From Abditibacteriaceae bacterium (GTDB lineage Bacteria > Armatimonadota > Abditibacteriia > Abditibacteriales > Abditibacteriaceae), in contig OZ255721.1 in the NCBI GenBank assembly GCA_965277285.1, positions 160,001 to 224,000 of the forward strand: a stretch of 64,000 bases of DNA. Reading direction: 5' to 3'. Below, one piece after another: positions 8,745 to 19,800 of the stretch; within the stretch, counting starts at the first letter, position 1; every line of letters starts with the position of its first letter. The notes beneath the pieces are model-generated. The model was not told the DNA's origin. It saw only the letters and a program-made list of their open reading frames with translations, and did no database searches. Made by a program: the position numbers and the translations under genes.

Positions 8745-9914
8745 TCAACCGTGTTCCAGAAGCCGCACGGTTTCGCCGAAAGGAAACTTTTCCGGCGCTA
8801 AACCGCCTGGCGTGACAACCCACAAAACGGGCAATGACGGCGATGTCGCGGGAAAAACGCCCATTCCATCGGTCAGATAAACAGCGATCGTGGAAACGCC
8901 AATTGTGGAAACGCCAAACGGTTCGCGTTCCACTGCTTCAAAGAATGGGCGAAAATCGGTTCCGCCACCGCCAACAGGCGCAGGAATTGTTTGATTCTCG
9001 TTAAGAGAATAGGGGCCATATAAGGCGGCGTCAGCATAAAATAGTTCGCATTGCAGATGTGGATAAGCCGCTAAAATACCGCGCACTTCGCCCACAAAAA
9101 CATCCATTTGCCGGTTATCGACCGAACCGCTCGTATCAACTGCGACCAGAACACGCAACGATTCGCCTTCGAGGGTTTCGAGATAAAGGCCGCGCGATAG
9201 AAGACGCCGGTCAAAACCCTGAAAATCAACGGGCGTGCGCACCAAATAACGCCACAAATGGGCGCGCCAATCCAAATGCGATGGCTCCAGCGCGCCTAAC
9301 TCGCGCACCAAACCCGCTGGCAACTTTCCGATGCCTGACGCTCGCGCCAGAACCGCCGCTTGCTGGCGAGCGTGCTGCCAATAAGTTTCTAAGATGCGGC
9401 GGCGTTCGTCGTCGCCCAACTCTTTCGCCTCCAGCAGATCGGGATGCGCTAAAAATGGTAAATTCTTCAAGTCGCGTCCCAGCAGTTCATAAACTTCTTC
9501 CGTACTGAACTTTTCTAATGCGCCTTCGCGCAAAGCACCTTGCGGCAAAGTGAAAGGCGTTTCGTTGGCGATGATGCCGTTCACCACGATGTCGGCGGCG
9601 ATATTCCACAACAAAGGCTCGCGCGTTCCTCGTCGCGGCAAATGCAGCAAAGCGGCGTGCAAAACTTCATGCAACAGCAAGCCATCGAGTTCGGCAGCGT
9701 TTAATTCATCCACGAAACCCTGGTTGAAAAACACATCGCGCCCATCAGTCGCCGCCGTTGGAAGATCGTTGCGCAGAATCATACGCGCGAACAACGCCAG
9801 AACCGCAAAAAATGGCGCCTGTGACCGCAACCTCAACAAAGACGCGCTGATGCGACGCTCGAAAACCGCGTTTTGTGTGACATGCGGCGAATTGTCCAAG
9901 GGAACAGAATTCAT
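8745..9914 (-). CDS. DUF2201-type putative metallopeptidase (HExxH) with C-terminal vWA-like domain
   Basis: TAATDG, HEVLH, WNIAADIVVN; MIDAS-like DTSGS, GGGGTDF, YLTDG. Confidence 0.88.
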   Translation of the reverse strand: MNSVPLDNSPHVTQNAVFERRISASLLRLRSQAPFFAVLALFARMILRNDLPTAATDGRDVFFNQGFVDELNAAELDGLLLHEVLHAALLHLPRRGTREPLLWNIAADIVVNGIIANETPFTLPQGALREGALEKFSTEEVYELLGRDLKNLPFLAHPDLLEAKELGDDERRRILETYWQHARQQAAVLARASGIGKLPAGLVRELGALEPSHLDWRAHLWRYLVRTPVDFQGFDRRLLSRGLYLETLEGESLRVLVAVDTSGSVDNRQMDVFVGEVRGILAAYPHLQCELFYADAALYGPYSLNENQTIPAPVGGGGTDFRPFFEAVEREPFGVSTIGVSTIAVYLTDGMGVFPATSPSLPVLWVVTPGGLAPEKFPFGETVRLLEHG

Positions 9915-10116
9915 GCGAAAAGTTTCTGCTTTCGAGTACTCGATACGTCAAATTTGGTTGGTGTGTCGCAAGAGTGAATACATCTTCGGGCAGAGTGACG
10001 TGACAAATCACGGTCATACAAAAGAAAGTGTGAAGTCAAAGCCTGGCGATCTTCTCTTTCTACTGCTCAGAAGTCACATTATTTGTCGTGTTAGCAAATA
10101 AAAATCTCTTAGCCGT

Positions 10117-10347
10117 GAGTGAAATTCACTGAACGACAAGTAAGAATCATTCAAGCACGAGTAAGAAATACTCATCGTCCAGTAGTTTTTACTCGACCAC
10201 CAGTGAAAACCATTCAATGTCGAGTGAAAATTACTGAACGGCCAGCGAAAAATACTCAGCAACCAGCAAAAACCACTTGGCGTTGAATGAAAATTACTTA
10301 CTGTTGATTGAGAATAGCTTAACGTCGAATGAAAAGTATTGGCATTA
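10117..10347. repeat. Degenerate 21-bp tandem repeat, about 11 units, AT-rich
   Basis: Units such as GAGTGAAATTCACTGAACGAC, GAGTGAAAATTACTGAACGGC, CAGCGAAAAATACTCAGCAAC in exact 21-nt register. Confidence 0.85.
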
Positions 10348-10433
10348 AGTGAAATGGTTGTCTTCGGGCAGGGAAATCGTCTGGCCGATAAAATAAAATG
10401 TCTTGAAATTGCATCAAGGTTTGTTGCGCCCGT

Positions 10434-11435
10434 TCAAGTCTTGAGCAAGGTTTGGTAATCGGCGAGAAAGCGGCGCAGTCGTTCATCTTTGGCAACGAGT
10501 TCGGCCAGCGCGCCGATTTGCCCGCGATCTCGCAGCAGGCGAAACAAGTCGGCGGCGAAGAGTTGCACCCACTCGGCCGCGGCTTTTTCGGACAGCCAAC
10601 TCCAGGCGGAATGCGCCCTTGAAACGTTGTCGGCGCGCATCGTCAAACCGATGGTCAAGGCATAGCGGACTGAAGGTTCGGTTGGGAAATTAATTGTTTC
10701 ACCACGCCCTTCCAAAATCGCTTCCAGGTCAGGCAAATGCGCATAAAGTTCGACGAATGCCGCGAATTCGGCAGCCGCGCCCGCACCAATCGCCGGTTCA
10801 ATGCCCAGGTGAGCGTTCATCAGGGCGCTGGCCATCATCCACGAGCGGGGAGACGGCCAAGCGCTTTGCAGAGGATCAAGTTTGTGCAGTAGGGTTGGAC
10901 GAAACGCCAGAAACGACAAAATTTGCTCGTTCAAACCATGCGCGAGCGCATACGCCTTGAAACTATTGAAATCGGGTAGCGCTTCCAAATGCAAAAAACG
11001 ATTGGCAAGCGGCGCGGGCATATCGAAAACCGAAGCTCGATCTTCCTTGCGATTGCCCGCTGCCCAGATGAACCAATTGCTTGGCACCACGTAGGAACCG
11101 ACGCGACGATCTAAAATGAGCTGCTGCGCGATGCCTTGTATGGCTGGCGGCGCCATGTTCAGTTCGTCTAAAAAGAGAATGCCCTGACCGTCGCGCGGCA
11201 AAAACTCTGGCGGATACCAGCGCGAAATGCCGTTTTCAGGAACTGGCAAGCCACGCAAATCGGTTGGCGCCAGTTGCGACAAACGCACATCCACGAACTC
11301 TAATGCGTGACGCTGCGCGACCTGCGCCACAATCGACGATTTGCCGATCCCAGGCGGCCCCCAAATCATGGTGCTGAGAAAAAGACGCCGCTCCACCAAT
11401 CGTTCAAGATATTCTTCCAATTCGTGCGTTGTCAT
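10434..11435 (-). CDS. MoxR-like AAA+ ATPase
   Basis: Walker A GPPGIGKS, DLRGLP, Walker B ILFLDE, AAGN, PLANRF, PSPRSW. Confidence 0.9.
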   Translation of the reverse strand: MTTHELEEYLERLVERRLFLSTMIWGPPGIGKSSIVAQVAQRHALEFVDVRLSQLAPTDLRGLPVPENGISRWYPPEFLPRDGQGILFLDELNMAPPAIQGIAQQLILDRRVGSYVVPSNWFIWAAGNRKEDRASVFDMPAPLANRFLHLEALPDFNSFKAYALAHGLNEQILSFLAFRPTLLHKLDPLQSAWPSPRSWMMASALMNAHLGIEPAIGAGAAAEFAAFVELYAHLPDLEAILEGRGETINFPTEPSVRYALTIGLTMRADNVSRAHSAWSWLSEKAAAEWVQLFAADLFRLLRDRGQIGALAELVAKDERLRRFLADYQTLLKT

Positions 11436-11459
11436 AAAAGCGTGATCCGTGCATGGTGG

Positions 11460-13721
11460 TTAGTGGTTAAAAATTGATTGTGGCGTGTCTTTAATCCTTT
11501 CATTTGCTGCGGCCTGCACGAAGCGGTTGCCGTCTTGCGCCAGTTGTTGCAACAAAGCCAAAGGCGTAGACGGATTGCGCGCGATGACATAACGCGCCGT
11601 CCAATTGCCGTCGAAAAGATGCTCTTCGAGTACTCGATGTGGCACCTTCGGGTCGCAAAGTTCCGCTAATTGCTTGAACGAAGTGGCGCTTTGCAGTAGG
11701 AAGGTCAAACTTTCCTGCTGCCTCTCGGCTGTTGCTTCGGTCAGGTGCTGTTGCACCTGAAGTCGTTCGCAGCGCATCTGGAGTTTGAACTCTTCGCTCG
11801 CTCGCGGATGATGCAGCAACCTTTGGACGATTTTTAATCGTTCTCGAGAATGTACCATGCGCTGTTTGCTTGGCATAGTTTGGCTGCCTTTGCTGGCTCG
11901 ACCACCAGATTGAATAATGTCCAATTCCTTTAGCAATTGTGCCGTGACTCCTTTCAAATCATTTGAATCAGAACGTTCGCACAGTACGAGTGCCGCCTTC
12001 TTTCGTTCGCTTGATGAAAGGGATTCTTGCGTGATAAAACGGCGCAGAGTTTCGGAAGAAGCCCAAGGATGACAGATAAGATTGTTTAATGCCTCGTCCC
12101 GCGCCACAAGAGTCGCTCCATATCTCATATCCGAAAGGGCGTCGTTCGTTAGGGTTTCCAGCAGTTGGGGCGAAGCATTGTGGTTTTTGGCAACAGCGGC
12201 GCGCACCCACCAATCCGCATCCAAGATCAGTATCTCCAACAGCGCGGAGGTCGCATTCGGATTTTCAGCAACACCAGCGCGCACGAACATATCGTCGTCG
12301 CGCGCCAGGGTTTCGAGCACGTTCAATGGCGTGTTGGGATGGCGCGCCACACGACGGCGCGTCGGAAGCAAAGGCGAAAGCGCCAACTTTTCCAACATCT
12401 CGACAGGCGTTTTTGGATTGGCGGCCACGCTTTTTTCAGGAAGCCAACTGTTCCATTGCGTCGCGTGCGAACAACGTTCTTGCACAAAGGAATTCAAATT
12501 CGTCGGCAAATTCGGATGGCGCAGCAAAGCGTGTAAAACTCTTCCTTCGTTGTCTGTCGCCAACTGTTCGAGTACTCGAATCGGCGTTTGCGGATGCAGC
12601 GCGACATCCAGGCGAACCGCGCCGCACTCGTCACTTGACAAAATTTCTAAAAGATCCTCTGGTGCAGCGACATTGCGCGCTACTGCGCCACGCACGCGCG
12701 AATTGGCGTCACTCGCAAGCTGTTGCAAAACATCGAAAGGCGTTTGAGCATTGCGAGCGACCGCGACGCGAGTTTCACGTTCCGTGGCGCGCGACAAAGT
12801 GCGGAGCGTTTGCGGCGAAGTGTTGGGATGACGCGCGACGGCTTGCCGCACCATCACCGAAGCATGCGATGCCAAACGGTCGAGAATTTCGGGCGGCGCG
12901 TGCGGATTCTGCACAATCGAAGCGGAAGCATTCGTTGCGAGCAATTTTTGCAGAACTTCGTGCGACGTGTTGGGATGGCGCGCCGCCAACATTTGCGCCC
13001 ACGCGCCGCCTTGCGACAAGGTTTCCAGTTCCCTGGGCGTCATCGTCGGGTCGGGCGCGGCATAATTCTGTAAATCGCGCGTGCTTCCGGCGCGCACTAA
13101 TTGTTGAATGATCGGTCGCGCTTCGGGATGACCGAGAATGCCTTGACGCCACTTAAAATCGTCGCTTTGAGCCAAGACCGCCAGCAAAGTGCGCAAAAGT
13201 CGCTCGTCTTTGATAATTTCCTTGTCAATTGGTTGTGCTCCGTCGCGCTTCACGCCAAAAGCCGACTGTGGCCTTGCAGCAGCGAGACTTTGCTGCAAGG
13301 CGATCTCTGCTTCATCGTGCCAATGCTCGCCGACTTTGCCCGCCACAACAACGTGCAATTCGGCTGCTCGCACCAATTGGCGATGAACCGATGTCGCAAA
13401 GGATTCGAGCAACCACAGCGGCACTTCGTTTTCGCACAGCAGGCGCAAACTTGTTTGCAGGCTGAGGAAGCGAAACCAATTCGGCTTTTCCAAGAGCAGC
13501 AACGGCAAAACCGGATTGCGCAAAAACTCGCGCGGATGAAGAGGCGCCAGTTTCAATAAAAGATCGAGCGGCGTATTAGGATTGGCCGCGATCAACTTCT
13601 GCAAACGACTTTTGATTTCGCCCGCGACTTCGCTCAAGGTGTGCAAGCGTGGAGGCGCCGTCGCCACGTTCGCCGCTTCTTCCAGCAACGATTGAGAATT
13701 CGTAGAACTTGAATTATTCAT
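11460..13721 (-). CDS. HEAT/leucine-rich-variant (LRV) repeat protein
   Basis: Many ~24-aa repeats of type VRxAVAxNPxTPxxxLxxLAxD. Confidence 0.85.
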   Translation of the reverse strand: MNNSSSTNSQSLLEEAANVATAPPRLHTLSEVAGEIKSRLQKLIAANPNTPLDLLLKLAPLHPREFLRNPVLPLLLLEKPNWFRFLSLQTSLRLLCENEVPLWLLESFATSVHRQLVRAAELHVVVAGKVGEHWHDEAEIALQQSLAAARPQSAFGVKRDGAQPIDKEIIKDERLLRTLLAVLAQSDDFKWRQGILGHPEARPIIQQLVRAGSTRDLQNYAAPDPTMTPRELETLSQGGAWAQMLAARHPNTSHEVLQKLLATNASASIVQNPHAPPEILDRLASHASVMVRQAVARHPNTSPQTLRTLSRATERETRVAVARNAQTPFDVLQQLASDANSRVRGAVARNVAAPEDLLEILSSDECGAVRLDVALHPQTPIRVLEQLATDNEGRVLHALLRHPNLPTNLNSFVQERCSHATQWNSWLPEKSVAANPKTPVEMLEKLALSPLLPTRRRVARHPNTPLNVLETLARDDDMFVRAGVAENPNATSALLEILILDADWWVRAAVAKNHNASPQLLETLTNDALSDMRYGATLVARDEALNNLICHPWASSETLRRFITQESLSSSERKKAALVLCERSDSNDLKGVTAQLLKELDIIQSGGRASKGSQTMPSKQRMVHSRERLKIVQRLLHHPRASEEFKLQMRCERLQVQQHLTEATAERQQESLTFLLQSATSFKQLAELCDPKVPHRVLEEHLFDGNWTARYVIARNPSTPLALLQQLAQDGNRFVQAAANERIKDTPQSIFNH

Positions 13722-13802
13722 GGTAACACGAAGATTGGAGAAGTATCGAGTACTCGATAATGCTGTTACTCAATTTTAGATTGCACGCAACTCTGAAACG
13801 CT

Positions 13803-13848
13803 AATAACCAGTAGTGTGGGTGTTTGAAAACCCACGCTACTGGTTATT
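13803..13848. repeat. Inverted repeat, possible terminator or REP
   Basis: AATAACCAGTAGTGTGGGT-loop-ACCCACGCTACTGGTTATT. Confidence 0.7.
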
Positions 13849-14096
13849 ATTTATGTCGTCGCATTTGCTGTGGTCGATGATTGCGTCGCGCCACTGTAAG
13901 CCATCTTGTTAACGAGACTGCTTTTAATAAACATCTCTGCGCGGCGCTTCGTGACGCGAAACATCGCCTATGGAGTGGCGACTTCTGTAGCGACGACTTC
14001 CCTGACTCATGTCGCGCAGATTGCAAGCCGAATCGAAAAACTCTCTGCCGGTCCATAAAACGTCGGGCGAGTTTGAAGCTTCTTCTTGACGTTGGC

Positions 14097-16322
14097 TCAT
14101 CGTTGCCCTATCTTAATACGCCCGACATAAACTTGGTAAGCCCAGGGCGCGAGCTTGAAGGATGGCGAAGCGTCGAGCTTGATGAGGCGCTTGCCAAACC
14201 AGTCGGTGTAGTCACCTGCCAGAGAAACATTCGCTGCGGAAGCATTGGCGGAAGCATTGGCGGAAGAAGCGTCGTTCAAGGTGACCGCTTGCGCTTGGTC
14301 GCTCAAGTTGACCACAACCAGTACTCGATTCTGCCCCCTTTGTCCGCTTTCTGCGCTTTCTGCGCTTTCTGCGCTTTGCCGCACAAAAGCATACACCTTG
14401 TCATCGTGGTTCGACACGATCTTGGTGAAACTCCCTTGAACAACCGCGGGCTGCTCTTGATAAAGCTGCAACAAGCGGCTGTAGAACCCCCACACCGGAG
14501 AACTCAGGCGCGCTTCAGCCTGTAGTGGAGGATTGACCTTGAGCAAGCTCATCTCCTGCCCGTTGTAGATCAACGGCTTGCCAGGCAACGTGGTGCACAA
14601 CACCATCAGCGGCGCCACTTGGGGCACGCCCTGGCTGATGTCGATGGCGGCTCCCGTGCCCCAGCCCCAGTCGGCATGAGGGTGCCAATCGTGGTTATCC
14701 AGGAAACGCATCTGAATGGCACCCGCAGGATACATCGCGGCTTCCTTGCGCAGCTCATCGTCGATGTTTGAAGCGGGTTGATGTCCTGCACAGATCTGCC
14801 ACAGAATAGGTGGCAAGCTCCACTGATAGTTCATGTCGAAAGCTGGATGCACTTCGGGGTTGTCCGCTTCAGCCAGCATGAAGACCGGCTTGAGCGCGTT
14901 CAACTGAGGACGCAGCCAGTTCCAGAACTCGACTGGCACGCGACCGTTGCTGCCCGCCACATCGCAGCGGAAGCCATCGATGCCAAAGGTGCGCACCCAG
15001 TAGCTCATGTTGTCGCGCATGGTGTTCCACAAGGGCTGGTTCCACTGACCCGCTTTGCCATAATCGAGTTGCGCCACATCGCCCCAAGTATAAGCTTGCG
15101 CGATCTGACCTTTGGCGTCTTTGACGTAGAACTCGGGATGAGCCGTGATCAGCGCGTTGTCCCAGGCGGTATGATTGGGAACCCAGTCGAGCAGAACGTG
15201 CAAGCCCAAAGCGTGCGCTGTGTTCACCAGATGCTGAAAGTCGGCTTTGCTGCCAAGGTCGGGATTGACTTGCTGGTAGTCGCGCACCGAGTAAGGGCTG
15301 CCGAAGCCTTTCAAGTGGCCGCGCGGATAGATCGGCATCAGCCACAAAAGGCCCACACCCATCTTCTTCAAGACCGGCAAGTGCTGCTCGAACTGGCGCA
15401 TCGCCTGGCCTTTGGTAAAACCATAAACGTCCCAGTTCACTTCGTAGATCGGCAAGTTCTTCGCCCACGATGGACCCGACATCGTCTTGGTCGTTAACGG
15501 GCCAGACATCCTCAAAGGCTCGCCTGGATCTGTCAACAGGTAAGGTTGAAAATTTTTGGCAATGATTTTGAAGGGCTGCGTCTTGGGGTTCAGGCCGTTC
15601 GCACCATACTCGCTGACGCGGCTTCCATCGACCAATTCAAAATTGTAGGTCAAGTCCTGCTTTCTGTCCCAAGGTAACGATGCTTTGTAGTAGGTGTAAA
15701 GATCGTCGGTGCGAACCAACTTCATGGGATAGCGCTGACCGGACGATTTAAGATAAATCCGGCGGAGATCATTGGGACGCGCTCGAAATCTAAGGATTAT
15801 TTTTCCGTTGTCATAACCGATGTCACGAACACCGTTGGGAGCAAGTAACACGCTGGTAGCTGTTTCGCCATCATCTGGACTCGCGGGCGTTTTGTAGTCG
15901 GACGGAGTCACAAACACAACCGAGTTGTCGTTGACCTTGTCTGTTGCGTCGAGAGGTGCCTGAGGATCGACGACCCAGGTCTCCGCTTTATTCGGCCCGA
16001 ACAGCACAAATTTATAAACATACTTGCCGTAACTGAGGGGCAGGGTAGTCCGCCAGGTGACTCCATCGGCATCCACAGCCATTGGATTTGCGGCCTTGTT
16101 CCATCCATTGAAGCTGCCGACCACGCTAACGGATTCCCACTTCTTGTCAGCCTTGAAAACAAAGGTGTAATTCCCAATGCTTTGCGGTTGAACAGGCGAA
16201 GCGACACTTGAGGCGATCTGAGCTGAGGCGGCTGAGATCGAACCAGGAAGTTTGCCATTTCCCACCAGCAGTGCCGCCAAAAGCGAGGCACCAATGCCAC
16301 ATTTCTTATAGCGAATTCTCAT
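14097..16322 (-). CDS. Secreted GH13 alpha-amylase-family glycosidase with N-terminal CBM48/AMPK-like domain
   Basis: Signal peptide; VSVVGSFNGWN..YVYKFV; DWVPNH, DGFRCDVA, MLAE, FLDNHD catalytic regions. Confidence 0.9.
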   Translation of the reverse strand: MRIRYKKCGIGASLLAALLVGNGKLPGSISAASAQIASSVASPVQPQSIGNYTFVFKADKKWESVSVVGSFNGWNKAANPMAVDADGVTWRTTLPLSYGKYVYKFVLFGPNKAETWVVDPQAPLDATDKVNDNSVVFVTPSDYKTPASPDDGETATSVLLAPNGVRDIGYDNGKIILRFRARPNDLRRIYLKSSGQRYPMKLVRTDDLYTYYKASLPWDRKQDLTYNFELVDGSRVSEYGANGLNPKTQPFKIIAKNFQPYLLTDPGEPLRMSGPLTTKTMSGPSWAKNLPIYEVNWDVYGFTKGQAMRQFEQHLPVLKKMGVGLLWLMPIYPRGHLKGFGSPYSVRDYQQVNPDLGSKADFQHLVNTAHALGLHVLLDWVPNHTAWDNALITAHPEFYVKDAKGQIAQAYTWGDVAQLDYGKAGQWNQPLWNTMRDNMSYWVRTFGIDGFRCDVAGSNGRVPVEFWNWLRPQLNALKPVFMLAEADNPEVHPAFDMNYQWSLPPILWQICAGHQPASNIDDELRKEAAMYPAGAIQMRFLDNHDWHPHADWGWGTGAAIDISQGVPQVAPLMVLCTTLPGKPLIYNGQEMSLLKVNPPLQAEARLSSPVWGFYSRLLQLYQEQPAVVQGSFTKIVSNHDDKVYAFVRQSAESAESAESGQRGQNRVLVVVNLSDQAQAVTLNDASSANASANASAANVSLAGDYTDWFGKRLIKLDASPSFKLAPWAYQVYVGRIKIGQR

Positions 16323-16811
16323 ATTGATAATCCTCTTTGACTGTCGTCGACGAAAAGCGAAGCGGAAGATGAAAAGGGTTGCACCCAAAACAGTTTCACG
16401 TCATCGCTATTCGGTTGTGTTCCAGAAGTGATGTACAGAAGATTTTAGCAGATAAGCGCACCGGCCCATATGAACTCCACATTCACATCCGTTTCGCTGC
16501 TGAAGCACGGAATTGGTCGCATTGTTGAATCGAGTACTCGAAGTCGCGCGACCGGACTTCTTAGCGCGGCACATACCAATCCAACCACTGAAATGACCTT
16601 CATGGATAGAATAGAGCGCTCAATCATTCGCGCAAGACGGAAAGCTTCGACGACAAATGGCGAAATGGATGCATGAACATGGAATGTTTTACCTAACCCA
16701 GGTTGCTACCTAACGGCGCGAACCCTGAGCAGGAATTGAAGCGCGGCGCCAAGCCTACGATCAGGTCAAGTGGTGCAGGTCGAGGAAGCTTTGTCAGGAG
16801 AAACGCCCGCT

Positions 16812-19800
16812 ATGGATGTCAACGAACAAACTATTCTGGAACTTCGTAAGGAACTGGCAAACGCACAGCGTGAGTTAGCCAGCGTTGCAAAGTTGTCGCG
16901 CCAGGAGGCAGATAGCTCCAAGTATTCCGAAGCGCGCTATCGGAGGTTGTTTGAGTCCGCTCCGGATGGCATTTTGATTTTTGATGCTGTCAGTGGGCGA
17001 ATCGAAGATGTCAATCCTGCTCTCTGCCAGTTGTTGGATGATGCGCCCGAAGACTTTGTAGGCAAGAAAATTGGGGGAATAAATAGCTTTCGCACTATCG
17101 CCGCCAATCAAGACGCCTTTTGTGCGTTGCAAGAAGGGAACTGTATCCGTTATGACGATTTGCCCATTGAAACCAAAGAAGGACGCAACCTTTTCGTCGA
17201 GTTCGTCGGCAGCGCTTATGTCAATGCAGATAAAAAATTCATCGAGTGCAATATCCGCGACAACACGCAGCGCAAGCAGGTAGAAGGAGTGAAAGACTTT
17301 CTGTCGTCCATTGTGGAATCGTCGGAAGATTCCATTGTTACGGTTGACCTCGAGAGTATTATCACCAGCTGGAACAAATCGGCTGAACGACTTTATGGTT
17401 ATTCGGCCTTGGAAGCGATTGGCAAGCACCTGACGCTTCTGACACTGCCCGAAGATTTGCAAAAAGTGCTGAGCAACATTGACAGCATTAAGCACAGCGA
17501 GACAGTAGAAATTTTCGATAGCACACATCTGAACAAAGATGGGCGAGAACTGCATCTTGAAGTGGCTTTGTCGCCTATCAAGGATTCGACAGGGCGGGTT
17601 ATCGGGATTTCGACCATCGCACGCGACATCGCACAGAAACAGCAGATTATAGAAGCGCTACGGGAAAGCGAGGCTCAATTTCGTACCCTGGCCGAAGCCG
17701 TGCCACAAATTGTCTGGATTACGCGCGCCGATGGCTACAATACATATTTCAGCCAGCAGTGGATGGATTACACGGGACTGACTCTGGAGGAAAGCTTGGG
17801 ACATGGCTGGAACAAACCATTCCACCCGGACGACCAGCAACGAGCGTGGGACGCCTGGCAGCATGCGACGGCGACAATCGGCACTTACTCAATTGAAAGC
17901 CGCTTGCGTCGCGCGGATGGGGTTTATCGTTGGTGGTTGATCCGTGGCGTGCCACTGCAAGATGCTGACGGCAACATCGTTAAGTGGTTTGGCACCTGCA
18001 CTGATATTCATGACATGAAGCAGGCTGAACTAAAAATCTCCCAATCTAACAAGGAGCAACGTGACCTTGCTGAGCGCTTGGAAAAAGAAAAATCGCGGCT
18101 TATCGAAGCCCAAACGGTGGCCAAAGTGGGAAGCTGGGAGTTGGATATAGCCACGAATATCCTCACTTGGTCGGATGAAACCTACCGTATTTTTGAAATC
18201 GACCGAGATAATTTTGATGCTTCTTACGACGCTTTTCTGGAGCTTATCCATCCTGACGACCGCGCGTCAGTACATGATACTTACCAAGAATCGGTCGCTA
18301 ACCATGTAGCCTATGCAATGGATCATCGCCTGTTATGCACAAATGGTCGGCTCAAGATTGTTCACGAGCGTTGCCAAACGTTTTACGACGAGCATGGGCG
18401 CGCGACGCGTTCTATGGGCACAGTGCAAGATATCACCGAGCGCAAAGAAACGGAAGTCTTGTTGGAAGAAAGTCGGCAGCGTCTGGCGCTGGCTACCGAA
18501 TCGGCGCGCATCGGTATTTGGGATTGGGATGTGGTGACCAATAAGCTGGTCTGGGACGCACAAATGTATGCGCTTTACGGCATCCGCGAACAAGATTTTA
18601 GCGGCGCTTATGATGCCTGGCAAAGTGGTTTGCACCCGGAAGACCGAGAAAAAGCCGAGGCTGATGCGAATGCAGCTCTTGACAGTAACAGTAGCCGGAT
18701 TTTTCACCCTCAGTTTCGCGTCGTGTGGCCCAATGGCGAGGTGCGCCACATTGAAGCCCATGCCGTTGTTCAACGCGCGAATGACGGTTCTGCTCTGCGC
18801 ATGATTGGCGTCAATTGGGACATTACAGAGCGCGAGCAAAATGCCGAAGCGCTGCGTTTGAGCATCCAGCGCTTTGAACTTCTGAGTCGTGCCACTAACG
18901 ATGCTGTCTGGGACTGGAATTTACTCACGAACGAGGTGTGGTGGAATGAAGCGTTCGAGACGCTTTTTGGCTATGACAGAAAATCTATTGAGCCAGACAT
19001 AGAATCTTGGAAGCGGAGGATGCATCCCGAGGACTTGAATAAAGTGAGCAATGGTATTCATGCTTTAATTGAGAGCGGCCAGCAGTTGTGGTGGGATGAG
19101 TATCGTTTTCGCAAGGCGGATGGTTCTTATGCGACCATTTTTGACCGTGGCTTTGTTATCCGTGATGAGCATCAGCAGCCTGTCCGCATGGTCGGCTCGA
19201 TGCAAGATGTAACGGAGCGCAAGCAGGCCGAAGAAGCGTTGCGCGAAAGCGAAGAACATCTGCGCTTTGTCGTTGACGCTTCCCACGACGGTATTTGGGA
19301 ATGGGAAATCAAGGATGGAAAGTTGATCTGGTCGGAGCGAATTTATACGCTTCTGGGTCTTTCGCCAGAACATTTTGAGCCAAGTTACCAGACGCAACGT
19401 GCGTTAATTCATCCCGACGATTTGGCCCCGTTCGAGCGCGCTATTGAAGCTCATCTGGAGACGCAGCAGCCTTACAATGTCCGCCTGCGCTATCGACGCA
19501 GCGACGGCACTTATATTCACATTTTGTCGCAAGGCAAAACGCAGCGCGACGCGCAGGGACAACCGCTGCGGATGATCGGTTCGTTTTCCGACCTTTCCAG
19601 CTTGATGCAGGCTGAAGCCGAGCGTGAAGCCAAAAGTCGAGAAATCGTCACCATCTGGGAAAGCATGACCGATGCTTTTTTTAGTCTTGATGCTCAGTGG
19701 TGTTTTACCCAAATCAATTCGCAAGCTACGCAGAGAATGCAATGGAACGCCGAAGAATTGATAGGTAAGAATCTCTGGGAGGTCTTTCCCGACGCTGTAA

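Noticed and set aside
10117..10347. Possible CRISPR array
   Set aside because: Units are contiguous degenerate 21-mers with no constant repeat plus unique spacer structure, and no cas genes are in the window.
13881..14525. 214-aa plus-strand ORF overlapping the GH13 3' end
   Set aside because: Mostly antisense to the amylase, GTG/TTG-type start without RBS, no family features.
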